Below, piece by piece: positions 10,703 through 19,936 of a stretch of DNA of 64,000 nt. The first letter of the stretch is position 1. Each line of letters starts with the position of its first letter. This DNA comes from an uncultured delta proteobacterium (GTDB lineage: Bacteria; Desulfobacterota; RBG-13-43-22), in NCBI GenBank assembly GCA_963843145.1, contig CAWJJC010000020.1, forward strand, positions 640,001 through 704,000, read 5' to 3'. Made by a program: the position numbers and the translations under genes. Under the pieces are notes generated by a model. It saw only the letters and a program-made list of their open reading frames with translations. It made no database searches and was not told the origin of the DNA.

Positions 10703-12616
10703 ATGACGCGTACTTTTTATGTAACCACTCCGATTTATTACGTCAACGCCGAACCCCATATCGGACATGCCTACAGTACGATCGTCGCCGATACGCTGAG
10801 CCGTTTCTATCGGGCCCAGGGGTATGAAACCCGCTTCCAGACCGGGACGGACGAACACGGGGAAAAGGTAGTCCAGGCGGCCCAGAAAGAAGGGAAAGAT
10901 CCTCAACAGTATGCTGACCGCATCAGTCAGCTTTTTCGACAAACCTGGCCGGAACTGAATATTCAACCCGATCATTTTATCCGCACTACCGACCCGGAGC
11001 ATGTGGCCGTGGTTACCGCCATTTTGTCGCGCGTCCACGAATCGGGGGATATTTATTTCAGCGAATACGGCGGACAGTATTGCGTCGGTTGCGAGCGCTT
11101 TTACACGGAACGGGAGATCGTCGACGGACGCTGTCCGGACCATCAGACCCCGCTGACCTTTATCAAGGAAGCCAATTATTTCTTTCGCATGAGCGCTTAT
11201 CAGGACTGGCTTATCCGGCACCTTCAGGAAAACCCCGATTGCATTCGCCCCGAACGCTACCGCAACGAAGTGCTATCCTTTCTGAAAGAACCGCTGGAGG
11301 ACTTGTGTATTTCCCGCCCCAAGTCCCGCCTGACCTGGGGGATACCCCTGCCCTTTGACGATAACTATGTGACCTATGTCTGGTTTGACGCCCTGATCAA
11401 TTATCTGACCGGTCTGGGCTACCCCGACGGCCCGCTGTTTCCCAAATTTTGGCCGGCGGTCGAGCACGTCATCGCCAAAGACATTTTAAAGCCCCATGGC
11501 ATTTACTGGCCGATCATGCTCCGGGCCGCCGGGATCGCGCCCTATCGGCACTTGAATGTCCATGGCTACTGGAACCTGGATCAATCCAAAATCTCCAAGA
11601 GCCTGGGCAACGTCATCCGTCCCCAGCAGCTCAAAGACCGATTCGGGGCCGATGCCGTTCGTTACTTCTTTTTGCGGGAAATGGTTTTTGGTTTGGATGC
11701 CCAGTTCAGTGAAGAAAGCCTGATCCAGCGGGTCAATGCCGATCTGGCCAACAACCTCGGCAATTGTTTCAGCCGGACCCTGACCATGATCGAAAAGTAT
11801 TGCGGGGGAGCCATTCCCGAACCGGGGGCGCTGGGACCCGAGGAGCAGGTAATGAAAGACCACTTGCTCCAAGTTCGGCAAACCGTCAGCCAGGAGGTGC
11901 GGAAGGTGGCCTTTCACAAGGCCCTGATGGCCCTCTGGGAAGTGATTGACGGAGCCAATAAATACATCGACAGCCAGGCGCCCTGGGCCCTGGCCAAGGA
12001 CCCGGCCCTCCAGGACCGGCTGAGGACGGTACTCTATCTTTTGGCTGAAACCCTGAGGCAAACGGCGGTCCTGCTCAGCCCCTTTATGCCCCAAACGGCC
12101 GGCTCCATGCTGGAACAACTGGGTTGCGGGCGGGGAAAAGAGCCGGTTTCCTGGGAGGAGGAATTGGTTTGGGGACGGTTGGCGCCGGGAACCCTATTGG
12201 CGCGCGGACCGGCCTTGTTTCCCCGCATCGAAGTCAAGAAAGATACGCCGCCGCCGCCCCCCAAGAAGGTCCCCGCCGTAGAAACGAAGGTCCCTCCCCT
12301 GTTGTCGATCGAGGAGTTTAAAAAATGGGACCTGCGGGTGGCCCGGGTGCTGTCCGCCGAACGGATACCCAAGACGGACAAACTGATAAAAATGAAAATC
12401 GACCTGGGAGAAGAAAGGACCCTGGTGGCGGGAATTGGCCGGGATTATGCCCCGGAAGATCTGGTCGGCAAGTCCATCGTGGTGGTGGCCAACCTAAAGC
12501 CCAGCCAACTGATGGGGGTGGAGTCCCAGGCCATGCTCCTGGCGGCCGGCGACGGGAAAAGTTTAGCGATCGTGGCCCCGGAGAAAGCGCTCCCGCCGGG
12601 AGCCAAAGTGAAATAG
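10703..12616 (+). CDS. metG: Methionyl-tRNA synthetase with C-terminal tRNA-binding domain
   Basis: HIGH, GTDEHG, YVWFDAL, KISKS; OB-fold C-terminus. Confidence 0.97.
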   Translation: MTRTFYVTTPIYYVNAEPHIGHAYSTIVADTLSRFYRAQGYETRFQTGTDEHGEKVVQAAQKEGKDPQQYADRISQLFRQTWPELNIQPDHFIRTTDPEHVAVVTAILSRVHESGDIYFSEYGGQYCVGCERFYTEREIVDGRCPDHQTPLTFIKEANYFFRMSAYQDWLIRHLQENPDCIRPERYRNEVLSFLKEPLEDLCISRPKSRLTWGIPLPFDDNYVTYVWFDALINYLTGLGYPDGPLFPKFWPAVEHVIAKDILKPHGIYWPIMLRAAGIAPYRHLNVHGYWNLDQSKISKSLGNVIRPQQLKDRFGADAVRYFFLREMVFGLDAQFSEESLIQRVNADLANNLGNCFSRTLTMIEKYCGGAIPEPGALGPEEQVMKDHLLQVRQTVSQEVRKVAFHKALMALWEVIDGANKYIDSQAPWALAKDPALQDRLRTVLYLLAETLRQTAVLLSPFMPQTAGSMLEQLGCGRGKEPVSWEEELVWGRLAPGTLLARGPALFPRIEVKKDTPPPPPKKVPAVETKVPPLLSIEEFKKWDLRVARVLSAERIPKTDKLIKMKIDLGEERTLVAGIGRDYAPEDLVGKSIVVVANLKPSQLMGVESQAMLLAAGDGKSLAIVAPEKALPPGAKVK

Positions 12617-12624
12617 TCTTTGCC

Positions 12625-13044
12625 ATGCTGTCTCCGGAAGTTCTGCCGCACCGCTATCCCTTTCTCTTCATTGATCGGATCGAACGGATCGTTCCGGGGA
12701 AGGAGGGAATTTTTTCGGCCAACCGATCAACCGACAATTTTTTCTCTGCCGACCGGGTCCCGCCGTCCTTCAGTCAATCCCTATTGCTGGAGATAATGGC
12801 CCAGGCGGCCGGAATCGTCCTGATCGGCCGGCAACCACTGGAAAAAGCCGCTGAAGTCCATCAGGGCTATCTACTCAAATTGGATCAGGTTTTGTTTTTT
12901 CAACTCCCCCGGATGGGAGACCGGATGTTGATCGCCATCGAAAAAACCCATAGTTTGGGAAGGCTCCATCGTTTTTCCGGTGAGGTCCGGACCGGGGAGA
13001 CCCTCCTGGTCCGCGGGGAACTCACCTTGTGGCAGGATGAATAA
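12625..13044 (+). CDS. FabZ/FabA-like hot-dog dehydratase subunit lacking the usual HFP histidine
   Basis: LPHRYPFLFID and LLEIMAQ motifs; start at ATG 12625. Confidence 0.75.
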   Translation: MLSPEVLPHRYPFLFIDRIERIVPGKEGIFSANRSTDNFFSADRVPPSFSQSLLLEIMAQAAGIVLIGRQPLEKAAEVHQGYLLKLDQVLFFQLPRMGDRMLIAIEKTHSLGRLHRFSGEVRTGETLLVRGELTLWQDE

Positions 13045-13083
13045 CCTGTTATTATTTGCCGAGTCTATTTCGCTCTGGTTTTT

Positions 13084-13824
13084 ATGCCCCACTTCGGACT
13101 GATCATTCCCGCTCATAATGTCGAAAAATCCCTGGTCGGAGTGATCCGCGGCGCCCGGAAATGGGTCCGGGATATCCTGGTGGTGAACGACGGTTCGACC
13201 GACCAAACCCAAGAAGCCGCCCGGGCAGAGGGGGTTCAGGTAGTGTCCTTTCCCACGAATGAAGGCAAGGGCCGGGCGCTGAAAACCGGATTCGCCCATT
13301 ACCTGGATCGCGGGGCTGAGGCCATCATTACTATGGACGGGGACGGACAGCATGATCCCGAGTTCCTTCCGGCCCTGATCGAAGAATATGGCCGGGGAGC
13401 GGCCCAAGTCATCATCGGCTCGCGACTGGGAGACCGGGAGCGAATACCTAAAATCCGCTATTATCCCAATCTGGTCGGGACGTATTGCCTAAGCTGGGCC
13501 ACGGGTCAATATATACCGGACTCCCAGAGCGGTTTCCGCCTCTACCAGGCCAAGGAGTTAAGAGGACTCCCTTTGAAGGCCGACGGCTTTGCCTTGGAGA
13601 CAGAGCTGCTGATCAAACTGGCTAAGAAAGGCGCCACGATTGCTTCCATTGCCGTTCCGGCCATCTATGACGAACCCCGGCCTCGTTCCCACTATCGACC
13701 CGTGGCCGATACCTATCAAATCAGCATCATGGTCCTGAGAAGCATCTTCTGGCCTCGACTGACGAAGCGCCCCAGAGGGGTCTTCTGGCTTCCTTTTCGA
13801 CAAAGAAGGCCGGCTCAGCCATGA
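13084..13824 (+). CDS. Glycosyltransferase family 2 (DPM1-like)
   Basis: IIPAHN, VVNDGSTD, GKGRAL, MDGDGQH, DSQSGFR. Confidence 0.9.
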   Translation: MPHFGLIIPAHNVEKSLVGVIRGARKWVRDILVVNDGSTDQTQEAARAEGVQVVSFPTNEGKGRALKTGFAHYLDRGAEAIITMDGDGQHDPEFLPALIEEYGRGAAQVIIGSRLGDRERIPKIRYYPNLVGTYCLSWATGQYIPDSQSGFRLYQAKELRGLPLKADGFALETELLIKLAKKGATIASIAVPAIYDEPRPRSHYRPVADTYQISIMVLRSIFWPRLTKRPRGVFWLPFRQRRPAQP

Positions 13825-15038
13825 ATCCCCGGAGGGTGGTGGTTACCGGTTTGGGGGTTATTACCTCGATCGGCCGTAACCGGGTTGAATTTTGGAAAAA
13901 CCTGATTGCCGGCCGGAGCGGGATCGGCCCTTTTGATCTTTTCGACCCCACCGGCTTCCGAGTTCAGATAGCCGCCCAGGTACGTAATTTTTCCGCAACC
14001 GACTATTTCAGCCGGCGGGAAATTCAGCGGCTTTCCCGGGCGGATCTATTTGGCCTGATAGCGGCCGGGGAGGCCCTGGGGGATGCCGGCCTGGAAAAAG
14101 GTTTTGAATCCCCGGATCGGGTAGCGGTGTTTTTGGGGGCCGCCGCCGGGGGAATTTATCCCACGGAGCTCTATCGTCAGGAAGTCTATCAGCGAAAAAA
14201 AAGAAGGCATCCCTCTATTCTTTTGTCCTTTCCGTTTTGCACCCTCACCGATCAGATAGGCAACCGCTACGGTGTATCCGGTCCCCGGGCCACAATCGAC
14301 ACGGCCTGCTCTTCAACGATCACCGCCATTGGTTTAGGCTTCGACTGGATTAGGGACGGTTTAGTGGATTTCGTCGTAACCGGGGGGACCGAATCGCTTT
14401 CTCAATTGACCTTTTCCGGGTTTAATACCCTGAAGGCCCTGGATCCCCAACCTTGCCGGCCCTTTGACCGGCAGCGTCAGGGTCTTTCGCTGGGAGAGGG
14501 GGCCGGGATGATGATCCTGGAACCGCTGGAACAGGCCCGGTCCAGGGGTGCGAAAATATATGCCGAGATTCTGGGGTACGGCACTTCGGCCGATGCCCAC
14601 CACATTACGGCGCCGCATCCCGAAGGCTACGGCGCGGTCTTATCCATGCAGCGGGCCATGCAGCAGGCCGGGATCACCGCGTCGTCCGTGGATTTCATCA
14701 GTGCCCACGGCACGGCCACCCCGGCCAATGATCCCATTGAGACCAAGGCCATCAAGGGAGTTTTCGGGGAGCGGGCCTCCAGGATCCCGGTCACCTCGAT
14801 AAAATCATCGATCGGACATTGCCTGGGATCTGCCGGGGTGTTGGGGGCCGAGTCGGCCATCCTAGCCCTGCTTCACGGGGTCCTGCCCCCCACCTTGCAT
14901 TTTAAGGAGCGGGACCCGGATTGCGACCTGGACGTAGTGTTCAACCAAGCCCGAAAAAAGGAGGTGGCTACCGTAATCTGCAACGCCTTTGCCTTCGGGG
15001 GCAATAACAGTTCCATTATTTTTTCCAAACTGAGATGA
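13821..15038 (+). CDS. fabF: Beta-ketoacyl-ACP synthase (FabF/KS-alpha type), catalytic triad intact
   Basis: DTACSS, SAHGTAT, KSSIGH, AFAFGGNN. Confidence 0.88.
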   Translation: MNPRRVVVTGLGVITSIGRNRVEFWKNLIAGRSGIGPFDLFDPTGFRVQIAAQVRNFSATDYFSRREIQRLSRADLFGLIAAGEALGDAGLEKGFESPDRVAVFLGAAAGGIYPTELYRQEVYQRKKRRHPSILLSFPFCTLTDQIGNRYGVSGPRATIDTACSSTITAIGLGFDWIRDGLVDFVVTGGTESLSQLTFSGFNTLKALDPQPCRPFDRQRQGLSLGEGAGMMILEPLEQARSRGAKIYAEILGYGTSADAHHITAPHPEGYGAVLSMQRAMQQAGITASSVDFISAHGTATPANDPIETKAIKGVFGERASRIPVTSIKSSIGHCLGSAGVLGAESAILALLHGVLPPTLHFKERDPDCDLDVVFNQARKKEVATVICNAFAFGGNNSSIIFSKLR

Positions 15039-15197
15039 TTGACGGATTCGCAAGAAGTCCGTCAACAGCGCGAGCGCGATTAAGTGCCGGGCTGGGGTGG
15101 GGGTGGGACCATTTGAATTCACTTCAAATGGCGGGGGAGGGCGTGCCCTTCCCCGCCGAGCAGAAAGTCGTATTTGGACTTTTTGCGAGGTTATCAT
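15035..15197. mobile_element. MITE-like element between the two ketosynthase genes
   Basis: Imperfect terminal inverted repeats GACGGATTCGCAAGAAGTC ... GACTTTTTGCGAGGTTATC; related ends at 16560-16655, 29190-29347 and 30839. Confidence 0.65.
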
Positions 15198-16422
15198 GAT
15201 TGACGGACTCGCCAGCACCGGAATAGTCGTCACCGGTATCGGGATTATCGGTTCCCTGGGGATAGGGCGGGAGACCTTTTGGAATAATTTTCTGTCCGGC
15301 CAATCCGGGATTAAACCGATCCAGGAATTCCTTCCCCTGGAAACAAAGATTCACTTCGGCGGGGAGGTGGAAGGGTTCCGTCCCAAGGAGTATCTCTCGC
15401 CCCTGGTTTATCGAAAGATGGGCCGGTCTTCCCGGCTGGCCGTAGTGGCCAGCCTGGAGGCCCTGCAGGATGCCGGACTGGAAATCAATGACCTCAATAG
15501 GGATCGCATCGGAGTCTTTGCCGGCACGGGTTACGGCAATTCCGGGCTGACGGACGAATATTTTGTCAGTTTCATGGAAGGCGGCCCCCAGGGGACCAAT
15601 CCCCTTTTATTTGCCGATACGGTCCCCAATACGGCCGGCAGCCACATCAGCCTCTATCATCGCTTGCGGGGCCCCATCACCACCTTTTGCCAGAATTTAA
15701 TCTCCGCCGAACTGGCCTTGATTTATGCCTGCCGGCAGTTGCAGGCCGGATCGGCCGAGGCCATCCTGGTGGTGGGGGTGGATGAGCTTTCTCCCATCGT
15801 TATGCATGCCTTTTCGGTGTTAAAGGGGCTGAATCCCTCCATCAATCCTATTCTGGGGGGGGGGCCGGTTCTAGGAGAAGGGGCCTGCGTTCTGGTTTTG
15901 GAACGCCGGGAGCAGGCCCTCATCCGCCGGGCTCCGATTTACGGGGAGATCTCCGCTCTGGCCCTGAACAGCGGGGTTACCCGGGCGGGCCACTATGAGG
16001 AGGAAGGCCGGGCCATGAAAAAGGTGGTTCAGGAATGCCTGGATAAAGAGGGGACTCGCGGCAGGACGCCGGATCTGATCAGCCTCTCGGCCGATTTTTC
16101 AGGGGAGCTGGATCCACGCGAATTCCAGGTTCTGCGGGAGATCTTCGGGAACGCCTGGTCCGGGATTGCCCTTTCCCCGTTGAAATATTTCGCCGGGGAA
16201 TATGGGGGAATGGGGGCGCTTCGTTTAGCTATACTACTCCTGGCCATGCGGGACCAGGTGATCCCTCCCACGGTGAACCCGGATCAATTGGAAACGGGAA
16301 CTCCCTGGGATCGGCGCTTCCTGCCCACTCGCCCCGGGGAAATCAAACAGGGCCTACTGACCGGCTTCACCTTCGGAGGCGGGAACGCCTGCCTGGCCGT
16401 CCAAAAAAGTCCCGGTTTATAG
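15196..16422 (+). CDS. Catalytically inactive ketosynthase homologue (chain-length-factor-like)
   Basis: Thiolase-fold motifs (IVVTGIG, GEGA.VLVLE, FTFGGGN); aligned to the upstream KS, Cys becomes Leu (CQNLIS), His becomes Ser (SLSADF) and His becomes Glu (KYFAGE). Confidence 0.8.
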   Translation: MIDGLASTGIVVTGIGIIGSLGIGRETFWNNFLSGQSGIKPIQEFLPLETKIHFGGEVEGFRPKEYLSPLVYRKMGRSSRLAVVASLEALQDAGLEINDLNRDRIGVFAGTGYGNSGLTDEYFVSFMEGGPQGTNPLLFADTVPNTAGSHISLYHRLRGPITTFCQNLISAELALIYACRQLQAGSAEAILVVGVDELSPIVMHAFSVLKGLNPSINPILGGGPVLGEGACVLVLERREQALIRRAPIYGEISALALNSGVTRAGHYEEEGRAMKKVVQECLDKEGTRGRTPDLISLSADFSGELDPREFQVLREIFGNAWSGIALSPLKYFAGEYGGMGALRLAILLLAMRDQVIPPTVNPDQLETGTPWDRRFLPTRPGEIKQGLLTGFTFGGGNACLAVQKSPGL

Positions 16423-16557
16423 GAATCCGGCGCCTTCCGCCCGTTCCCGCTCTTTTCGGCCTTCCGTCAAATCCACCCTTTTGAGGAGCAGGAACCCGAT
16501 GACAGACAGGATTCCAATGGATAGAATTCCCCGACGGTTATAGGCAGGATCAGCCAT
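16417..16557 (-). pseudogene. Possible 3' remnant of an MFS transporter gene abutting a MITE
   Basis: Translates as MADPAYNRRGILSIGILSVIGFLLLKRVDLTEGRKERERAEGAGFL*, resembling the last helix and tail of UMF1/Atg22-like MFS proteins (recalled, not searched). Confidence 0.35.
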
Positions 16558-16559
16558 CA

Positions 16560-16655
16560 ATGATCACCTCGCAAAAAGTCAAAATACAACTTTCTGCTCG
16601 GCCTGTTGACGACCTTCTTCCGAGTCCGTCCATGATAACCTCGCAAAAAGTCTCC
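16560..16655. mobile_element. Internally deleted inverted copy of the 15035 MITE plus one more MITE end
   Basis: 16561-16601 is the reverse complement of ~15156-15196 with 3 mismatches; 16602-16633 matches the other end; a second ACCTCGCAAAAAGTC follows. Confidence 0.65.
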
Positions 16656-16658
16656 CGG

Positions 16659-18434
16659 TTAGAAGAGGGACAATTGTCGACGGCGAGGGCGGTGCGGCTT
16701 CAAGGTTTCCGGTAGGGAGACGGTTGATTTCAGCATTTCCTCGATATCTCCTAAAAAAGGAGAGGGCGACTGCCACAGCGTTTGCCCGTACAAGCGTCTT
16801 TTTTTCGCCCAGGTTAAAAAAATATTTTGGGTGGCCCGGGTCAGGCCGACATAAAAAAGGCGCCGCTCTTCCTCCGGGTCACTTTCTCTAAAAACGGTCA
16901 GGGGCAACAGGTTGGCCTCGCACCCGGAAAGGATGACAAAGGGAAACTCCAGTCCCTTGGCGGCGTGGAGGGTCAGGAGTTTAACATTTTCCTGATCCGG
17001 TTCATAGGAATCCAAACCGGTCTGCAGGGAAAGGATCTCCAGGAAAGATTCCAGACCGCCTTGGAAGGTGGCGGCCAGAAAACGAAGTTTCTTGAGGGCC
17101 TCGCCGGGTTGGTTCGGGTCGGTTCCCGAAGCCCGGCGCTGGGGGACGTTCGGGTCCCGACTCGGAAGGGTGATGGCTTGCTCAACCGCCTTCAGCGCTG
17201 TTCCTTGAAAGGGAAGCAGGGTTTTCATTCGGGCAAACAACTGCCGAACTTCAGGGCAATCGGACCAATGCCTTTCCTGAACTTTCTTATAGGGAACGCC
17301 TTTTTCATCAAAGACCCGGCCGATTATTTCCCCCTGGGCATGAAGCCGGTAAAGAACGGCAAAGTCCGCCAGGCTGACCGGTTGTTCATCGGTAGCCGCA
17401 GGTCCCGAGGTCAGGAAAGAAAAGCCGCCCAGGCGCTGTTCGATCAATTCCGCCAGATAACGGGCTTCTTCCTCGGCCGAAGGCAGCTCCGCTACAGGCA
17501 GGGTCGGATCTCCGATTTTGGCGGTCTTCATTCGGTAGGGGACGGCCCGTGAAGAGGCGGAGATGACCTGGCTGGAGGCTTTCAGGATGGTTTGATTCAG
17601 CCGAAAGGTGTCTTCTAAATGAATTTCGGTTAACCGGGGGACTTCCCCCCTCAGTCGATCAAAAAAATCCGCCCCCGCCCCGCGGAAACCGTAAATAGCC
17701 TGATTCGGGTCACCGATCACCAGCCACCCACCCTGGTCGCCGGTCAGCAGGCGGAAGAGGCGGTACTGGGCGGTATTAATGTCCTGAAATTCATCGACTA
17801 ACACCTGGGGAACCCGGAGCTGCCACTGTTTTCGAAAAACCGGTTGTTCCTGCAGAAGAAAGACCGTTTGCTGGATCAGATCATCAAAATCCCACCAGTT
17901 TTGATCGGAGAGCCGGTTCTGGTAGGTCCGATAAACTGCGGGCCACTCCGGTAAACCGTCCCACTCAGGCAGGTGATCCGCCTCTTCGGGCGTGCGGAGA
18001 GAGCCTTTGGCTAAAGAAATGCGCCGGGCTAGCTCTTTCAGTTGCTTCGCCGGCAATTTTTTCCGGTGACCCCGCAGGGAGCTGCTTAGAACCTCTAAGG
18101 CCTCGTTTTCAGACAATAACTTATGGTTGGGGAAAAAGGACTGCCGGAGGAGCCGGTAGCTGAAACCATGAAATGTGGTTATCCAGGGATGGTCGGCGCC
18201 CGAATCCCGGGGAAGGAGTTGCGCCGCCCGAACCCGCATTTCTTCCGCGGCTTGATTAGTAAAGGTAACGGCTAAAATGTTTTTCGGGGAAAGACCCTGC
18301 TCAAGGACCAAATAGGCCAAGCGATGGGTTAAGGTCCGGGTTTTCCCCGTCCCCGGGCCGGCTAAGACCATTAGAGGGCCGCCGCGGTAGGTCACCGCCT
18401 GCCATTGTTGGGGTGTTAAGGCCGCCTGGTTCAT
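16659..18434 (-). CDS. UvrD/REP family SF1A helicase
   Basis: AGPGTGKT, VTFTN.AA.EM, DEFQD, GDPNQAIYGFRGA, TLHAAKGLEF, EERRLFYVGLTRA. Confidence 0.92.
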   Translation of the reverse strand: MNQAALTPQQWQAVTYRGGPLMVLAGPGTGKTRTLTHRLAYLVLEQGLSPKNILAVTFTNQAAEEMRVRAAQLLPRDSGADHPWITTFHGFSYRLLRQSFFPNHKLLSENEALEVLSSSLRGHRKKLPAKQLKELARRISLAKGSLRTPEEADHLPEWDGLPEWPAVYRTYQNRLSDQNWWDFDDLIQQTVFLLQEQPVFRKQWQLRVPQVLVDEFQDINTAQYRLFRLLTGDQGGWLVIGDPNQAIYGFRGAGADFFDRLRGEVPRLTEIHLEDTFRLNQTILKASSQVISASSRAVPYRMKTAKIGDPTLPVAELPSAEEEARYLAELIEQRLGGFSFLTSGPAATDEQPVSLADFAVLYRLHAQGEIIGRVFDEKGVPYKKVQERHWSDCPEVRQLFARMKTLLPFQGTALKAVEQAITLPSRDPNVPQRRASGTDPNQPGEALKKLRFLAATFQGGLESFLEILSLQTGLDSYEPDQENVKLLTLHAAKGLEFPFVILSGCEANLLPLTVFRESDPEEERRLFYVGLTRATQNIFLTWAKKRRLYGQTLWQSPSPFLGDIEEMLKSTVSLPETLKPHRPRRRQLSLF

Positions 18435-18483
18435 GGTTGGTCGTCAGAAATGGCGGAGGTGATTGTCGCCTTCCGGAGCCTGC

Positions 18484-18526
18484 AAAAAGGGAAAGGCCCG
18501 GAAATATTCCGGGCCTTTCCAAAAAA
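18484..18526 (-). terminator. Intrinsic terminator downstream of the ferredoxin gene
   Basis: GGAAAGGCCCGGAA-ATA-TTCCGGGCCTTTCC perfect stem with a minus-strand U tract. Confidence 0.75.
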
Positions 18527-18542
18527 GCACTGTGAAAAAAGG

Positions 18543-18728
18543 TTAGACTTCTTTTACAGTGATTGCAGCAGTTTCACAAACTTCCACGCAACTTTCGCAG
18601 CCCAGGCATTCATCCATATTAACGGGAACGGCCTTGTTGTCCTGCAATTCGAATACCCCTACCGGACAAGTATCGACGCAATTGGAATCCCCAGTGCATT
18701 TGTCCGTGTCCACGGTTACCTGAAACAT
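18543..18728 (-). CDS. Small dicluster-type ferredoxin
   Basis: CTGDSNC...CP and CLGCESC...C motifs; minus-strand GGAGG RBS. Confidence 0.92.
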   Translation of the reverse strand: MFQVTVDTDKCTGDSNCVDTCPVGVFELQDNKAVPVNMDECLGCESCVEVCETAAITVKEV

Positions 18729-18986
18729 TGATGTTTCCTCCTTGCTTTTTGGTTGGTTTGTTCACCAAAGAACGGTGTCTTGATTTATAAAGGCCTTATT
18801 CTGGTGGTCAAACGATAAACGACGAGAGACTAAAACATTTTTCAATAAAGGTCAAATATTTTTTTCCATTGCCTAGAACGGCGGGGCAATAAGCGTTGAC
18901 CGCCGAAATAATTGTGATAAACTGATCCATTAAAGAAGAATAAATCTTTCATCAATGATTTGAACAAATTATCAGAGGAGCCGTCG

Positions 18987-19715
18987 ATGTTAAGTGATCG
19001 GGAAGTCCAACGGTACGACCGCCAGATCATGCTTCAGGGGTTTGGGATCGAAGGACAGGAAAAATTAAAAAAAAGCCGCGTGCTGGTGGCCGGCGTGGGC
19101 GGGTTAGGTTCCCCGGCGGCCATCTATTTGGCGGCGGCCGGGATAGGATCATTGCGTCTGGTAGATCGGGATCAAGTGGAACTGAGCAATTTGAATCGCC
19201 AAATCCTTCATTGGGAAGAGGATTTGGGCCGCTATAAGGTGGAATCCGCCCGGAGGAAGCTTTCCGGACTCAACCCGGAAGTGGCGATCGAGATTGTTCA
19301 GGAGGATATCCGGGAAGATAACCTCTCCGACTTGATGGCTGGATGTGACCTGATCGTTGACGGACTGGATAATTTCCCGACCCGCTATCTCATCAATCGA
19401 TTTATCCAGAAAAATGGCCTGCCCTTTATCTATGGGGGCATCCTGGGGATGATGGGCATGGCCACATTCATCTGGCCGGGGCAAACACCCTGTCTGAAAT
19501 GCCTCTTCCCCCAAGCCCCTGAACCTAAAAAATTCCCGGTACTGGGCACCACTCCCGGAATCATTGGACTGATTGAAGCCAACGAGGCGATCAAATATCT
19601 GGTGGGATTGGGTAAGCTATTGACCGGGAGGCTTTTGGTTTACAATGGCCAGGAACTGCGTTTTTCCGAGGTGCCGATCGACCGAAACCCGGAGTGCCCG
19701 GCCTGTACGGCTTAG
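18987..19715 (+). CDS. ThiF/MoeB/HesA family adenylyltransferase
   Basis: RYDRQI, GVGGLGS, SNLNRQILH, CLKC and CPAC zinc motifs. Confidence 0.92.
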   Translation: MLSDREVQRYDRQIMLQGFGIEGQEKLKKSRVLVAGVGGLGSPAAIYLAAAGIGSLRLVDRDQVELSNLNRQILHWEEDLGRYKVESARRKLSGLNPEVAIEIVQEDIREDNLSDLMAGCDLIVDGLDNFPTRYLINRFIQKNGLPFIYGGILGMMGMATFIWPGQTPCLKCLFPQAPEPKKFPVLGTTPGIIGLIEANEAIKYLVGLGKLLTGRLLVYNGQELRFSEVPIDRNPECPACTA

Positions 19716-19764
19716 TTTTCTTTGGGAAAAGCGTAGGGGTTTAATACGAAAATCGAATACCTCT

Positions 19765-19861
19765 GTCATTGCGAGTGAAGCGAAGCAATCCCCCGGTCGA
19801 GCTTGGGAAAGGTTGTAAGCTGCCCGGGGGATTGCTTCGTCGCTTCTCTCCTCGCAATGAC
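19765..19861. repeat. RPE-like palindromic element
   Basis: GTCATTGCGAG..CGAAGCAATCCCC ... GGGGATTGCTTCG..CTCGCAATGAC; same family at 29219-29318. Confidence 0.75.
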
Positions 19862-19936
19862 TGGAGATCTGTTTTCTTCATGCCCCGGGGTGCCCACCCC
19901 GGGCATGGGTTAATACGAAAATGAAATCAGAGGATA

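Noticed and set aside
18730-18986. Crp/Fnr binding box in the ferredoxin-thiF intergenic region
   Set aside because: Only half-sites (TTGAT, TTGTGA) without a correctly spaced partner
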